From NCBI RefSeq assembly GCF_016433145.1, contig NC_058135.1, positions 275,501,126-275,565,125 of the forward strand: DNA of 64,000 nt, given 5' to 3'. A program made the position numbers and the translations under genes. The notes below the pieces were generated by a model, which was not told where the DNA came from, did not search any database, and worked only from the letters and a program-made list of their open reading frames with translations. Below are positions 11,591 to 23,108 of the stretch, in pieces. The number at the start of each line of letters is the position of its first letter. Position 1 is the first letter of the stretch. This DNA comes from Gracilinanus agilis. Its lineage: Eukaryota.

Positions 11591-12526
11591 CTATTTGTTT
11601 CTCAGACCTCCTTCTTTAGATAACAATTTCTGAATTGCTACAATGACATCTTTATTTCTTAGGCTGTATATTAAAGGATTAAACAATGGTATTACAGTGG
11701 TATAGAAAAGAAAGAAGATTTTTCCTGTTCCTTCTGACTTACTGGACTTTGAAAATGTGCAATGATACCAGAACCCAAAAATAAGCACACAACAATAAGG
11801 TGGCAAAAACAAGTAAAGAAGGCTTTGGATCTCCCTGTGGCTGATATTAGCTTCTGGATGGTGGTGAGGATACAGAAATAGGATCCCAGTATCAGAAGAA
11901 ATGGAATCAAAGCAAAGAAGATAATATCAACATAGACAAAAGCGTCAAAGAGGTGACTCCACATGCTGACTCTGATAATGGACGTATATCACAGAAAACA
12001 GGATTAAGTTTGTGTGAACCACAGAAGGACAAAGAGAATACCTGGTATGTCTGCCCTATTTGTAGTGGGATCCCACTGATCCAGGAGCCAATTACAAACT
12101 GAACACATGACTTGTGATTCATGATGAAAGACTAGTAGAGTGGTTTACAAATGGCTACATAATGGGCCTAGGACATCACAGCCAGGAGTAAGCATTCAGT
12201 GACACCCAGAATAAGAAAGAAGCAAAGTTGTGTAGCACAGCCCAACAGAGAAATATTTCTCTTCTTGCTGCAAAGGACTCTCAACATTCTAAGAAGAGTG
12301 ACTGATGTATAACATATTTCCAAAAATGAAAAATGTCGCAGGAAAAAGTACATGGGTGTTTGGAGAGCTATATCTACCTTACTTATAACAATAATAAAGC
12401 CATTGCCCATGAGGATGCTTATGTTGATGACTAAGAAAATCCAAAACAAAAACCCTTGGATACTAGGAAAGTCAAAAATCCTACAAAAATAAATTCCACT
12501 CCATTATTATTACTTATTTCTGCCAT
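11591..12526 (-). pseudogene. OR10AG-like olfactory receptor pseudogene
   Basis: ATG at 12526 (MAEISNNNGVEF). Lesions: 1-nt deletion in GFSD (about 12475), TAG at 12168-12170 (MAYDRY becomes MS*AHY), TAG at 12132-12134, a probable 4-nt deletion at about 11946 and another at about 11750. The pieces in three frames join into a full OR ending PLFNPLIYSLRNKDV, collinear with the four intact paralogues. Confidence 0.95.
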
Positions 12527-12614
12527 TTCTTTTTCTTTCTTTTTTTTTAACTTTTTAACACAATATATTTCAAACAGTGAAGTCATTGAGCCATCTGAGA
12601 TATAAATTCCTGAC

Positions 12615-12640
12615 CTGTAAAATAGATGAAATAATTTGAT
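12615..12640 (-). promoter_or_regulatory. Candidate 3' splice acceptor upstream of the OR pseudogene
   Basis: Minus strand ttatttcatctattttacag|gtcagg, 88 nt upstream of the ATG. The same attttacag occurs upstream of two paralogues. Confidence 0.5.
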
Positions 12641-14239
12641 GTATCCCTTTTACATAAGCCATTTTTATCTGCCTTACAATGGTGTGTCATCCAAAGTATA
12701 GAAACCATAGGTTTTAAACAGTTAATCAAATGAGGGTGGAGGAACTAGAAATAATCATTTCTCCCAATCTTATTAGAAATTATCCTTTACTAATCATCCC
12801 AGACAATAACCCTCTCCACTTTGAGTACCTAAAGTACTCCTTTAATATATCTCACAATTATCATTTGATGGATATATATATATACATATATATATTTGTA
12901 AGAATAGGTAGACTAGGTTGTAATTTATATTTTCAGAAGTTGTGGGTAGATTTTATCTTCCAAATACATACCCCACTAAATACTTCAAGTTCATTTGAGG
13001 ATCCCACACTTTGAGTTAAAGAATTATCCCTTCAAAATGAACTTTAGAAGTAGTCAATAATTATGCAAATATGAATTTGTAATAAGAAAATTTCCAGTGA
13101 GACAATTTCCAATCAGTTGCTGCTTTACAAAATAGTAGCTGAGGAATTCTTGAGGAAGGAATAACCCAGATAAATAAAACAATGTGATTAATAGGAAAAG
13201 TCAGGGAACATGACTAGAGTTTTGGATCATAAGGGAGTTTTCAAGGGGAATGAAAACAGGATTGCTAAGATAGGTAAGAAGTCAAAGTATCTTTGCTATG
13301 CTTTTTAAAAAAGGAAAAAAAATAAACTTCTTCCATATATAAACATTTTCTCTCATAACCTGGCTGGATTTTTCTGTCTCTTTCTGTGTATAATTAAATT
13401 ATCTTTTCCTCTTCTTTAATTTATCATGGATACCACCATTACATTTCTAATGAAGGAAGAAAGCAATGTAATTTTTTTGATAAACTTAAACGTATTTATC
13501 AAGTTGTGATCAACAATGACAAAGGATGAGAGGAAAATCAACTCTTAAATATTATACTTCAATCAAGGAAGGATTTATTTTTCACTGATTCATAGTGAGT
13601 TTGCAATTCATTCAGATGTTTTTTGTATAAACTATAATCTTTCTCATCCACAAACCTTTTGCTTATATAAAGTTCATTGACTTCAATAAATATGTAAGAC
13701 TTTATATTTAACTAAAATAAATTTCATCTTATAAAATTCTTCAAATACTATATTAAAATATTTTTGATTGTTTATTTATTGAATGTGTTGGCCTACTCTT
13801 GCCTCCATCACATCACTATCTTTTGTTAATTTTGTACTATGAAATTGAAGGGTTTTTTTTATTTGTTACTGATTTTAAAAAATCACAAAATTAATTAAAG
13901 ATCCTCAAGATACTCTACTAGAGGCCACAGCAAAATAAAATATTTAATAATTATACTTTGGACCATCAACTTTCAATCATATATGCATTCAATTAATTAC
14001 ATATTTTATTATATAATATTATATATACTTATATACTGTGTATATATGTTTATACTATATAATTATATTATCAATGTCATTTCTTCATATTTTTTGACAC
14101 ATGAGTGAAATTTTTTCTTAAATCCCTTGATAAAAATCAAGGTAAACTATATCATTGCATTCTTTTATTCTATCATTTGACAAAATTTGCTTATGCTATA
14201 TTTATGGTAATTGATTTCTTTAAAAATTCAACAGTTCAT

Positions 14240-14680
14240 TCTTTGATATCTCCCTTAATTTACATCAGGATTCCAATCCAAATTTACTGTTGTATAGTTA
14301 AACGGCACTTGCTTCCTTTAAAGAGTGAGAAGAAGGCTAAAGAAAGGATCTTCCCTTCCTAAATCTCGGATCCTACAATATAAATGACTATGGTTCAGAA
14401 AATTCATTCAATCAGGATAAGGTAAAGTTTAATGTCACTAGGAGTTCTGCACTCCTCAAGGATATTTCAGTTCTCCTGCCTATTAGGCAATATCTTCTAT
14501 TATTTCTGATGCAAAGATTATTCCCTTTGGGAAAGCAAAAACAGGTTCAAAATTAAACAGCATTTCTGCCTTCTGTTTTAAGTTATCATTTGGTTCCTTC
14601 TACCTTGAGCAATAACATTTTCTTTGATCTTTCTCATTTTTCTAATATAGCAAAAGAGACCCCTTTTGTATCTCTAATTT
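14240..14680 (-). mobile_element. Ancient L3/CR1-like LINE fragment
   Basis: Resembles degraded marsupial L3 (gcaaaaacagg...tctgccttctg...ccttgagcaat...ctttgatctttctc...ctaatatagcaaaag). Recognition from memory only. Confidence 0.4.
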
Positions 14681-15072
14681 ATGATACAGATTTTTATGCC
14701 CATTTTATTCTTTTATGACCATGTGATGTTTTTCATTTAAAAATGACTAATATCTAAATTTCCTTGATTCTATCTTTTGCACAAATCCTATATTTGTGTG
14801 AATATTCATAAAACAGATGTTTGCACATACTTATCAGATCACATTGAAACATGTTTATGTGTATATTTAATATGCATGTTTATTTGCATGTGCAACATAC
14901 ATTATTCTTACATGCATAATAGGAATATGAATATAAACACATATAATATATTAATTATAATATGATTGTGTTAAGATATATTAGAAGTTCTGTTAGAGAA
15001 GAAATTTAAAAGCAATATATACATTTGTATGTAAAATTAATATTATATCTAAATGTAAATTGGTTTTGTTGT

Positions 15073-15330
15073 AGGCAACTAGGTGTTTTAATGGATAGTG
15101 CACTGAGCTAGATATCAGGAAGATATGAGTTCAAATCCAGCCTCAGATACTTACTAGCTGTGTGACCCTGGTCAAGTCACTTGACCTCTGCTTACCTTAA
15201 TCTACTGGGGAAGTAAGTAGCAAACAATTTCAGTATACCAGATCAAAAAATTCCAGAAACAATATTGTCATGTTATAATCCATTGGGTGTCCAAGAATCA
15301 TACATGACTGAATGACTAAACAACAACAAA
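15073..15330 (+). mobile_element. MAR1-type SINE
   Basis: ggcaactaggtg head, B box gagttcaaatcc, gctgtgtgaccctggtcaagtcactt core, tail gactgaatgactaaacaacaac. Confidence 0.8.
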
Positions 15331-15337
15331 TCCAAAC

Positions 15338-15400
15338 AGATAGATAGATAGATGATAGATAGATAGAAGTAGATAGATGGATAGACATAGATATAGATAC
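15338..15400. repeat. (GATA)n microsatellite grown from the SINE tail
   Basis: agatagatagatagatgatagatagatagaagtagatagatggatagac. Confidence 0.8.
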
Positions 15401-15648
15401 ATACAAGCATATGTGTAAGAGTACCTGATGAAAGAACACACATATGTATCTCTTTGAATGCATATCTTTATAAATAAATAAATATATGTGTATATATACA
15501 TATATATGCTACATATCTGCATATATGAGTCAAAGAAAGAATTGGAGTGATAACAAAGGTGGAAGAAGAAGACTTCATTAGTTTTCTAAATAACTGTAGA
15601 CCCTTTTTACCATTACTCTCTTTTGCCTTTGTGTAAGGATTTGGATAT

Positions 15649-15830
15649 GGGAAACTAGGTGGTATAGTGCATAGAATTCTGGGTTTGTAATAAAAAAGAA
15701 TTGAGTTTAAATCTGTCCTTGGACACATGCTAACAATTTGACCTTGGATAAATCACTTAATTATTTTCACTTCAGTTTTCTCTTCTGAAAAATGATCTGG
15801 AGGAGGAAATGATGACCTACTCCAGTATAT
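15649..15830 (+). mobile_element. Degraded MAR1/MIR SINE
   Basis: gggaaactaggtggtatagtgcatagaa head and cttcagttttctcttctgaaaaatg core. Confidence 0.6.
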
Positions 15831-16181
15831 GTTTCCCAATCACTAAATAATTACTATAACAATTGCAAAATTAGAGATGAGAAGTGAAGTGAAGAAGCCT
15901 TTATAGAGTTCATACTATGTATCAGTGACTATGTTAAACACTTTTTGTAACTCATTTAATCATCATTGCAAGCATAAGTTATGTGCTATTATTCTTTTCA
16001 TTTTACAGTTGAATATGTTGAGAGAAAGAAAAAAATCAATATGGTAAGTGCTTGGAGAGAGAAATTTGATGTGAAGAGACTTTGAGAGAAGAATGCAGAG
16101 AGTAGAGATTCAAATTCCTATGATCTACAATGCTAAGGGGATTTACAACACAGAGGAATAAGATAGACAATATAAATTTGG

Positions 16182-17186
16182 AAATCAGAAGTAAGAGAAA
16201 TGCATTTTTCCTGAGAATAATAAGCATATAAGAGAAATCACCAATAATAATATATTTTTAAAAGAAGCAATAAGGCAGTGTGAATCAGTAGAAAGAGACA
16301 TGAGTTTAATCTGCATTTTTGCAACTTTTGGTGAATCATGGCACTCTTCTTAACTTATAATTTTGTAGACCAGAATGAGAGTCTTCATTGGGTTGGACAG
16401 AGCAAAGCACTTTCTGCATGAGAAAGCATTACATCCTTTAAAAAAAATTCTTATCATTGAAGGTATAAGCTGATTTTTAAGAGAGTTTGTTGTACTCCCA
16501 ACAAATCTGTCTTCTTTGTAGGATCTGTTCCTTGAATAAAACACTCATCTTGTTTGTCTCCATAAGATTGTGGAAATTACAGTACACTGGTAGTGCAGTG
16601 GTACCTTGGGATGTTGTGGAAAGAATAAAAAATTAGGTTTCAGAAAATATTGGTGAAAAGTACATGTCTCCTGGTTACCTATAGGAACTTGGGTTATTTA
16701 TTTATTTTCCATGTGTTCACAATTAGATAAATTTAAGTTCATGAAGTGGAAAGAGCATTTGATCATGAGACAAGAAAACCTGAGTTCAGATCTAGCTATA
16801 GATATTTACTAGATATGGGCATGTCAGTTAGAGAGAAAGGAAAGAGGAAGAAGAAAAAGGAACCAGATGAGAGAATTGGTGGAGGAAGTGAAACAAGTCA
16901 TTTAGCCCATATGGTCCCAGTTTCCTCAACTAGTTGGATGGATTAGTTGATTGCTAAGATCCCTTCTGGGGATAAATCTATATTTTAAAGGACTATTGAT
17001 GAGGAGTGTTGAGTGATAATAAGAGGGAAGAAGTAGAGAAGATAGTAAGATGAGGGAGAAGAGAGAACAGAGAAAGGAATTCACAAAAATAAATAATTCA
17101 AATCAGAAGTAAGAGAAATGCATTTTTTCCCTGAGAATAATAAGCATATAAGAGAACTCACCAATACTTATATATTTTCAAAAGAA
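16182..17186. repeat. Direct repeat of about 87 bp: 16182-16267 and 17100-17186
   Basis: Both copies read aaatcagaagtaagagaaatgcattttt(tc)cctgagaataataagcatataagagaa(a/c)tcaccaata..., about 90% identical. Confidence 0.9.
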
Positions 17187-17479
17187 ATATAAACACGACT
17201 GAAGTCAGATCAGGTACCAGTGGATATATATGTGTGTAATAGTCCAGCAATGAATTAAGAAAGTATGAATCGTTATTTCAATAAATGAGAAAGTCTTGAA
17301 AATACCTTTAAAGTGAAAGTTGATAAGCATTATTCTAAATTTAAACAACAAAAAGGAGCATTTCAATATCCACAGGGAAAATATAAAAGATGATTTTAAA
17401 TGAAAGAATGAAGATCCATATCATATGTTTAAAGAAGTACATAATATATACTGAAATGACGTTCAAAATGACCTTTCTT

Positions 17480-19020
17480 AGAGGCAAAGTGGTAATGGCA
17501 AGAACTCACCTGAACTCTCTCAAATTTCCCTCCAATAAATTTTAAATCAATGGTCAAATTGAATTCTGGAGCTACCAAAACAATGAATGGTAAAGGTGAA
17601 AGAATTTTCAGTCCATGACAACTTAGAAAGTAGTTAGGCTTCTTTCACTAGGGTTGTGGTCAGGCCTAGAACATGGTACAATGCAAGTCATGCCTTGGGA
17701 AACAAGCAGCAGGCCTTTGAGGTGGCTGCATCTGCAGTAGCAGTATCTTCCAATAGTTCTCAGAAAGTAAAGTGATTATGCCACAGGGCAGAAGGAAATT
17801 ACTAATGACATTTTGCATGTACTGTATGAAGGATCCTGATGTATCAACTACACATGGTTCCACGTGATAGTCCAGGGAGAAGAGGAACATTAGCACACTG
17901 TCACTGGCAGCCATAGGGAAGCAGGCCTTTTAGTCACAGTTGCAGGGTGGAGAAGAATGTTTGCAGTTGCTCCGAAGGGTTGAGTGGCTCTGATCTCACA
18001 TCCAGGGCAGAAAGGATCATAAGTAATTGCTGCAGGTGAGGAGGGGCCTTGGTCATAGTTCCAAAGTGGAGAGTAAAGTTTATGGTTCTTTAAAGGCTAG
18101 ATCAAAGAGGAAGCAATCTGACCACATCTCTCCTTAGATCATACCACCTTACAAGAAACAAAAATGTACAGACCCACCCCATACTTATTTCTGAAAACAT
18201 TAGAAAAAAATAAAACTGAAACCTCACACAAAAGCCCTTTAGTCCTGTAGCAGAACCTCACATTTACATGAAGGTAAAAGTCAAGAAATCCACTGAGGAA
18301 AATGAGCAAATAACAAAAAAAAGTTCATCATGGATTCTTACTATGGGGACAGGAAAGATCAAGACAAAAACTCAGGTAAAGGTAATGCAGTTAAATTAGT
18401 TACATGTAAAGCTTCAATTTCAAGGGGATTAGACACAAACGCCCTTTCCCATCCCAAAAAGTGAAGGGATGGAAGAGCTCAAAAAGGATCTTAATTTTTA
18501 AAAAAAGAGACAGAGTAAAAAACTGTGGAAATAAATGACAGTGATGCAAGAAAATTTGAAAGGAGAATCAATAGGTTGTTTAAAAAGGTACAAAAGACAC
18601 TAAAGAAAATAAAATCTTAAAAATAGAATTGGTCAAATGGAAAGAGTCAAAAATTCCCTGAAGAGACCTTAAAAGCAGAATAATCCATTTTTTTTAAAGT
18701 TCAAAATTTCATTGGATAAAATTATTCCTTAAAAATTAGAATTGCATGAGTGGAAAGGAAGTCTCCACAAGGCATCCATCAAGAAATATCAAACCAATCA
18801 GAACAATGAAAAAAATTAAAAATGTAAAATATTTTCAATGAAAAAGAATTCACTTGCAAAGAAAGTTGTGGAGACATAATTTGAGAATTATTATACAGTG
18901 TGAAAATCTTGATAAAAAAGAAAATAAGTCAGATATTATGTTTAAAGAGTCAATCAAGGAAATTGTCTTGATATCCTAGAACAAGAGGGTAAAATATGAA
19001 TTGAAAAAGTACATCACGGG
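17480..19020 (+). mobile_element. Old L1 5' half: 5' UTR plus degenerate ORF1, no 3' half
   Basis: GC-richer 5' UTR to about 18300, then ORF1 remnants (atgagcaaa...cttactatggggacaggaaagatcaagac at the N-terminus; ttgatatcctagaacaagagggtaaaata, the DILEQEGKI motif also seen in the 42790-45315 copy). Confidence 0.7.
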
Positions 19021-19199
19021 TGAAGATTGAATAAAAACAGATAATGTTGAGCATTTGGTAATGGGTGTATCAACTGTATATAGGTTTCCAGTTATAAAGG
19101 TGATAAATATTAAGGATAGTTGTTAAAAAGAGTAAACTGTGCCAGAATTCCAGAATCTTTTTACAATATAATTCTTCTGCTGATTTTATTTTATTGTAT

Positions 19200-19386
19200 T
19201 TTTTAAGCCCTTACCTTCCATCTAGAATCAATACCGTCTATTAGCTCTTAGGCAGAAGGGGGAAATGGAGGTTAAGTGACTTGCCCAGGATCACACAGCT
19301 AGGAAGTGTCTGAGATTAGATTTGAACCTACAACTTCTGGCCTCTTAAGTCCTGTTCTCAATCCACTGAGCCACATAGCTGCCCCC
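19200..19386 (-). mobile_element. SINE1_Mdo-like SINE (long 3' form)
   Basis: Reverse-complement head ctcaatccactgagccacatagctgcccc and tail aagcccttaccttccatctagaatcaatac. Confidence 0.88.
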
Positions 19387-19722
19387 AGGACTTTATTTTT
19401 TTTAAAGGAGGCAATTTGATAATAAAAAACTTTCAAATTGGTTCCTTATGAAATAAAATTCCCAATACAAGTTATTGGGGTCATGTGATAGTAATATGAA
19501 TTAAAACTGTAAAATGTCATCTAAAATGCAAACTTAGACTAAAGAAAGATGCATAGTTCTGAGAAGGGAATAATGAATTTAGCAATATGGGGTCTGAGTA
19601 CAAATCTCAGTTTACTGTTTTCTTCCTTTGTAATGAAGATTCTAAGAAAGTCATTACTTAATTAGCAATTCCTTCAGTTTGTTCCCAAGTAACCACTGTT
19701 GGGCACAAAAAAGGGATCTATA

Positions 19723-19905
19723 GGGGCAGCTGAGTAGCTCAGTGGAGTGAGAGTCAGGCCTAGAGACAGAAGGTCCTAGGTTCAAACCGGGCCTCAGCCA
19801 CTTCCCAGCTGTGTGGCCCTGGGCAAGTCACTTGGCCCCCATTGCCCCCCTTAACAATATTCTACCTATGAGACAATACACAGAAGTACAAGGGTTAAAA
19901 AAAAA
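19723..19905 (+). mobile_element. SINE1_Mdo-like SINE (short 3' form)
   Basis: A and B boxes, A-tail, TSD aaaaa(g)ggatctat at 19707-19721 and 19901-19913. Confidence 0.92.
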
Positions 19906-20491
19906 GGATCTATGAATAATATCATATTCATAGCAATAGTAATTGTATTAGCAATCAAATGAAAATATTTTACCTGTCTATCAATTTAGGAATGGCTTAA
20001 ATTAGTATAAAATATGATGTGATAAGATTTTGCTAAGGGAAATAATGATTAAGAGGTATGGGGAGGCTTATGTGAACTAATAGTGAAGAAAATAATAAGA
20101 ACCAAAAACACACTATACCAAATGACCACAGTAATGAAATTAAGGGAACAATAATATAGAAATAATTATAATTTGGGTTTAGGCATAGAAACACAGTAGC
20201 TTCAATGTTAGATATGTTGTAGTTACTAAAGTATCTCAATCTTTACAGTTTAAACATTTGTGTTATTTTGTCCTTTTACTCTAAGAGGCAAGATAGTTCA
20301 TTAATATTAGAACATTAAAGATTGTGTCATTTGCCTTTAGATACTACAAAAATTAAGCCAACATCATTCTTGGAATGTAAAGAAATATCTCAAGGATAAG
20401 ATTTTTAGGTAGGAATAATGAAGTTTCAAAAGTCTTTGGATTAGTTTATTTTCACATTATTTGTGAAACAAATGAACTTGGAATCTATGTT

Positions 20492-21445
20492 CTATTCATT
20501 TCCTGATCTTACACATTTAGATAATAATTTTCTTATTGTCACAATGAAGTCCTTATTCCTCAGGCCATATATCATTGGATTACATAATGGAGTCAAAGTT
20601 GTATAGAAAAGAGATAGAATTTTGTCTGTTCCTGATGAATGACTGGACTTGGGTTGCAAATAAACGATTATACCAGAACCAAAGAATAGTCCCACCACCA
20701 TGAGGTGGGAAGAACAAGTTGAGAAAGCTTTAGATTTCCCTATTGCTGATGGCAGCTTCAAAATAGTAGCAATGATTTTGACATAAGACCAACATATTAA
20801 TAGAAAGGGCACAATGCCAAACAACACAACATCTGCATAGATAAATATTTCACTTATAGAGGTATCCCCACATGCTACCTGTAGTATTGGGTAGATGTCA
20901 CAGAAAATGTGATTGAGTTTGGTAGGTCCACAGAAGGGTAAAGAAAAAATCTGATATGTTTGTCCTAACACAACTGGTGTTCCAATGATCCAGGACCCAA
21001 TAACCAGCTGAACACAAATCTTATGGTTCATGATGAACAAATAGTAGAGGGGCTTACAAATGGCCACATAACGGTCATATGCCATGGCAGCTAGTAGAAA
21101 GCATTCACTGCCTCCCAGACCTAGAATTAGACAGAGTTGTGCAGCACATGCCAATAAAGAAATATTTCTCTTCTGGATCCAAAGATTCATTAGCATTCTG
21201 GGAAGAGTGACTGATGTGTAACAAATTTCTAAGAAGGAAAAGTTTCCAAGGAAATAATACATGGGAGTTTGGAGAACTGGATCAGCTTTTGTAATTATAA
21301 TGATAAGTATATTACCTATGATGATACTCAGATAAATAACTAAGAAAATCCCAAAAAGGAGGCCTTGGAAGTTAGGAAAGTCAGAAAATCCCAGGAGAAT
21401 GAATTCTTTCACATCTGTGATATTTCTGTCTTCCATTTCAGACAT
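20492..21445 (-). CDS. OR10AG1-like: Olfactory receptor, OR10AG-subfamily-like, intact (317 aa from ATG 21445; 314 aa from ATG 21436)
   Basis: Uninterrupted ORF with an N-glycosylation site (NIT), LQTPMYYFL, MAYDRYVAICKPL, KAFSTCSSHL and NPMIYGLRNKD. GFSDxPNL, PRML-x-LW-x-Q-xx-NISL and IPVVxG-TxQIF match my recall of OR10AG1. The TTG start in the track is not used. Confidence 0.95.
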   Translation of the reverse strand: MSEMEDRNITDVKEFILLGFSDFPNFQGLLFGIFLVIYLSIIIGNILIIIITKADPVLQTPMYYFLGNFSFLEICYTSVTLPRMLMNLWIQKRNISLLACAAQLCLILGLGGSECFLLAAMAYDRYVAICKPLYYLFIMNHKICVQLVIGSWIIGTPVVLGQTYQIFSLPFCGPTKLNHIFCDIYPILQVACGDTSISEIFIYADVVLFGIVPFLLICWSYVKIIATILKLPSAIGKSKAFSTCSSHLMVVGLFFGSGIIVYLQPKSSHSSGTDKILSLFYTTLTPLCNPMIYGLRNKDFIVTIRKLLSKCVRSGNE

Positions 21446-21481
21446 GATCAACAATTTTCTACTTCTGGGATTCAGTATTCC

Positions 21482-21510
21482 CTGCTGTAAAATTAAAAAA
21501 AAATGAATTA
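21482..21510 (-). promoter_or_regulatory. Candidate 3' splice acceptor (tandem NAGNAG) for the OR at 20492-21445
   Basis: Minus strand catttttttttaattttacag|cag|ggaatac, 39 nt upstream of the first ATG. Confidence 0.65.
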
Positions 21511-21669
21511 ATTAACTCATAATGTTTAATTGTGAACTTGATTTTCTACACTCCAATCTCATCTTCTGCAATTTCACCTTGATATACATAATCATTACTT
21601 TCAGATTGCTTGTCTTTTTTACCCCCTTTAAACTTAAAACTTAATTTTGTGGGGATTATATTTCTATTA

Positions 21670-21890
21670 CAGAAAGCTAGATGACCCAGTGGATAGATCA
21701 CTGGGTCTGAAAGGCTTGAGTTCAAATTTGACTTCTAACATCTAATAGCTGCTTGACCCCATTCAAGTCACTGAATCTCTTTTTTCCTTAATGTTCCCTG
21801 GAGAAAAAAAATGGCACACCACTCCAGTATCTTTGCAAAAACAAACAAAAACAAATGGGGTCACAGTCAGATACAACTGAAAATGGCTAA
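21670..21890 (+). mobile_element. MAR1-type SINE
   Basis: agctagatgacccagtggatag head, gagttcaaatttgac B box, tail aaatggcacaccactccagtatctttgc...ggggtcacagtcagatacaactgaa. Confidence 0.75.
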
Positions 21891-23108
21891 TTTCTAAGCT
21901 CTATTCCAAAGGAAACTTTTCTTTATTCTTTGTCAGGACGTTCAAATTAACCTCTTGCTAATGCCTCTCATTTTTTGGAGTTGTCATGTTCTCCAGGCTG
22001 AGACCTATCAACTGAGCATATATCACCCAATCAAGATGTGCTGTGAGTTTGGCAAAACAGTTCTTTGCACATATTCACTTGGGGTGAACTCTGTGGTTAT
22101 CAACCTGTTATTGTAATAACCACAGAACAAGCTCAATCCAGTCCAATCAAACAGTTCCTGAGAATGAGCAAACTCAACATTGCGCCTAACGGAATCAAAT
22201 CTAGGTCATGAAGTCTGGATAAGAGTAAACTCTTTGATGTGGGAAAAAATCTGTCTTGTCATCTAGTAAACTTTACCATTGTTATGCCTATGTCCTCTTT
22301 ATTTTGACAGAAGTATATGGAATAAGCCTGTATGTTGGCATTTTGTGTAGACTCAACTGTGAGTCTCTCACCATCCCACTATGGATTGTTTTCTCCCTTC
22401 AACGGAGTAAACTGCTGAATTTTAAAGCACCTGCCTGGGGTACTTCAGGTTATTATCATTTCCCTTTTGAGTTAGTGGTGTACATCTTTGTTTCAGGGAT
22501 ACTTCCCATTCAGAATTCAATAACTATGATTACAATGTATTGGAATTGAAACCTCCACTACATAGAACTGACAAGTAAGAAAAATTTGAAAAATACCAAA
22601 AGAATAGGATTTCATAGTGAGTATTTTTTATTTTATAACCCCTATGAAATAAAAGTTCCATGAGCATAAGGGCTTTTTAAATTTTTGTTTTTCAAATATT
22701 TAACTTAGATTTTTGCCCATCATATGAATTTCATAAAATTTTATTGCATCAAATTCTACCGTATATAAACTTTGTTTCTTTTTCAAGCCAAATATCCTCA
22801 GTTCTTTCAAGTGGTCACATAACATACAAGATGATTTTAAGGTCTTTCTCCACACTGACTTTCCTGCCCTAAATTCTTTCTAGCTTATCAACCATCACCT
22901 TAAAATGGGGCATTGAAAACCAAATGCAGGAATCTCTTTATGATTTTCTCAAGATATACTGTCCTTTCTCCCTTACTATAGAACATTATGCATCTTTCAA
23001 TGCATTGACATCTAGTTTTGCTTCCAATTTTCAGTTTGAAATTTCTTGTTTTCTTTTTGTAAACCAAATTTAAGAAGTCACATTCATCTCTAGTAAATGT
23101 CATCCTCC

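Noticed and set aside
21794-21804. O/E-like TTCCCTGGAGA near the 20492 OR
   Set aside because: It is an imperfect match, lies inside a MAR1 SINE and is probably intronic.
22090-22126. 11-bp hairpin (tctgtggttat/ataaccacaga) whose left arm resembles miR-9-5p
   Set aside because: It is only 37 nt, too short for a pre-miRNA. The seed differs (CTGTGGT vs CTTTGGT as recalled) and there is no miR-9-like 3' arm.
21930-22600. Unique-looking sequence with a 97-aa ORF (22256-22549) and a possible decayed minus-strand frame
   Set aside because: I recognise no protein, and stop density in the other frames is about what random sequence gives.
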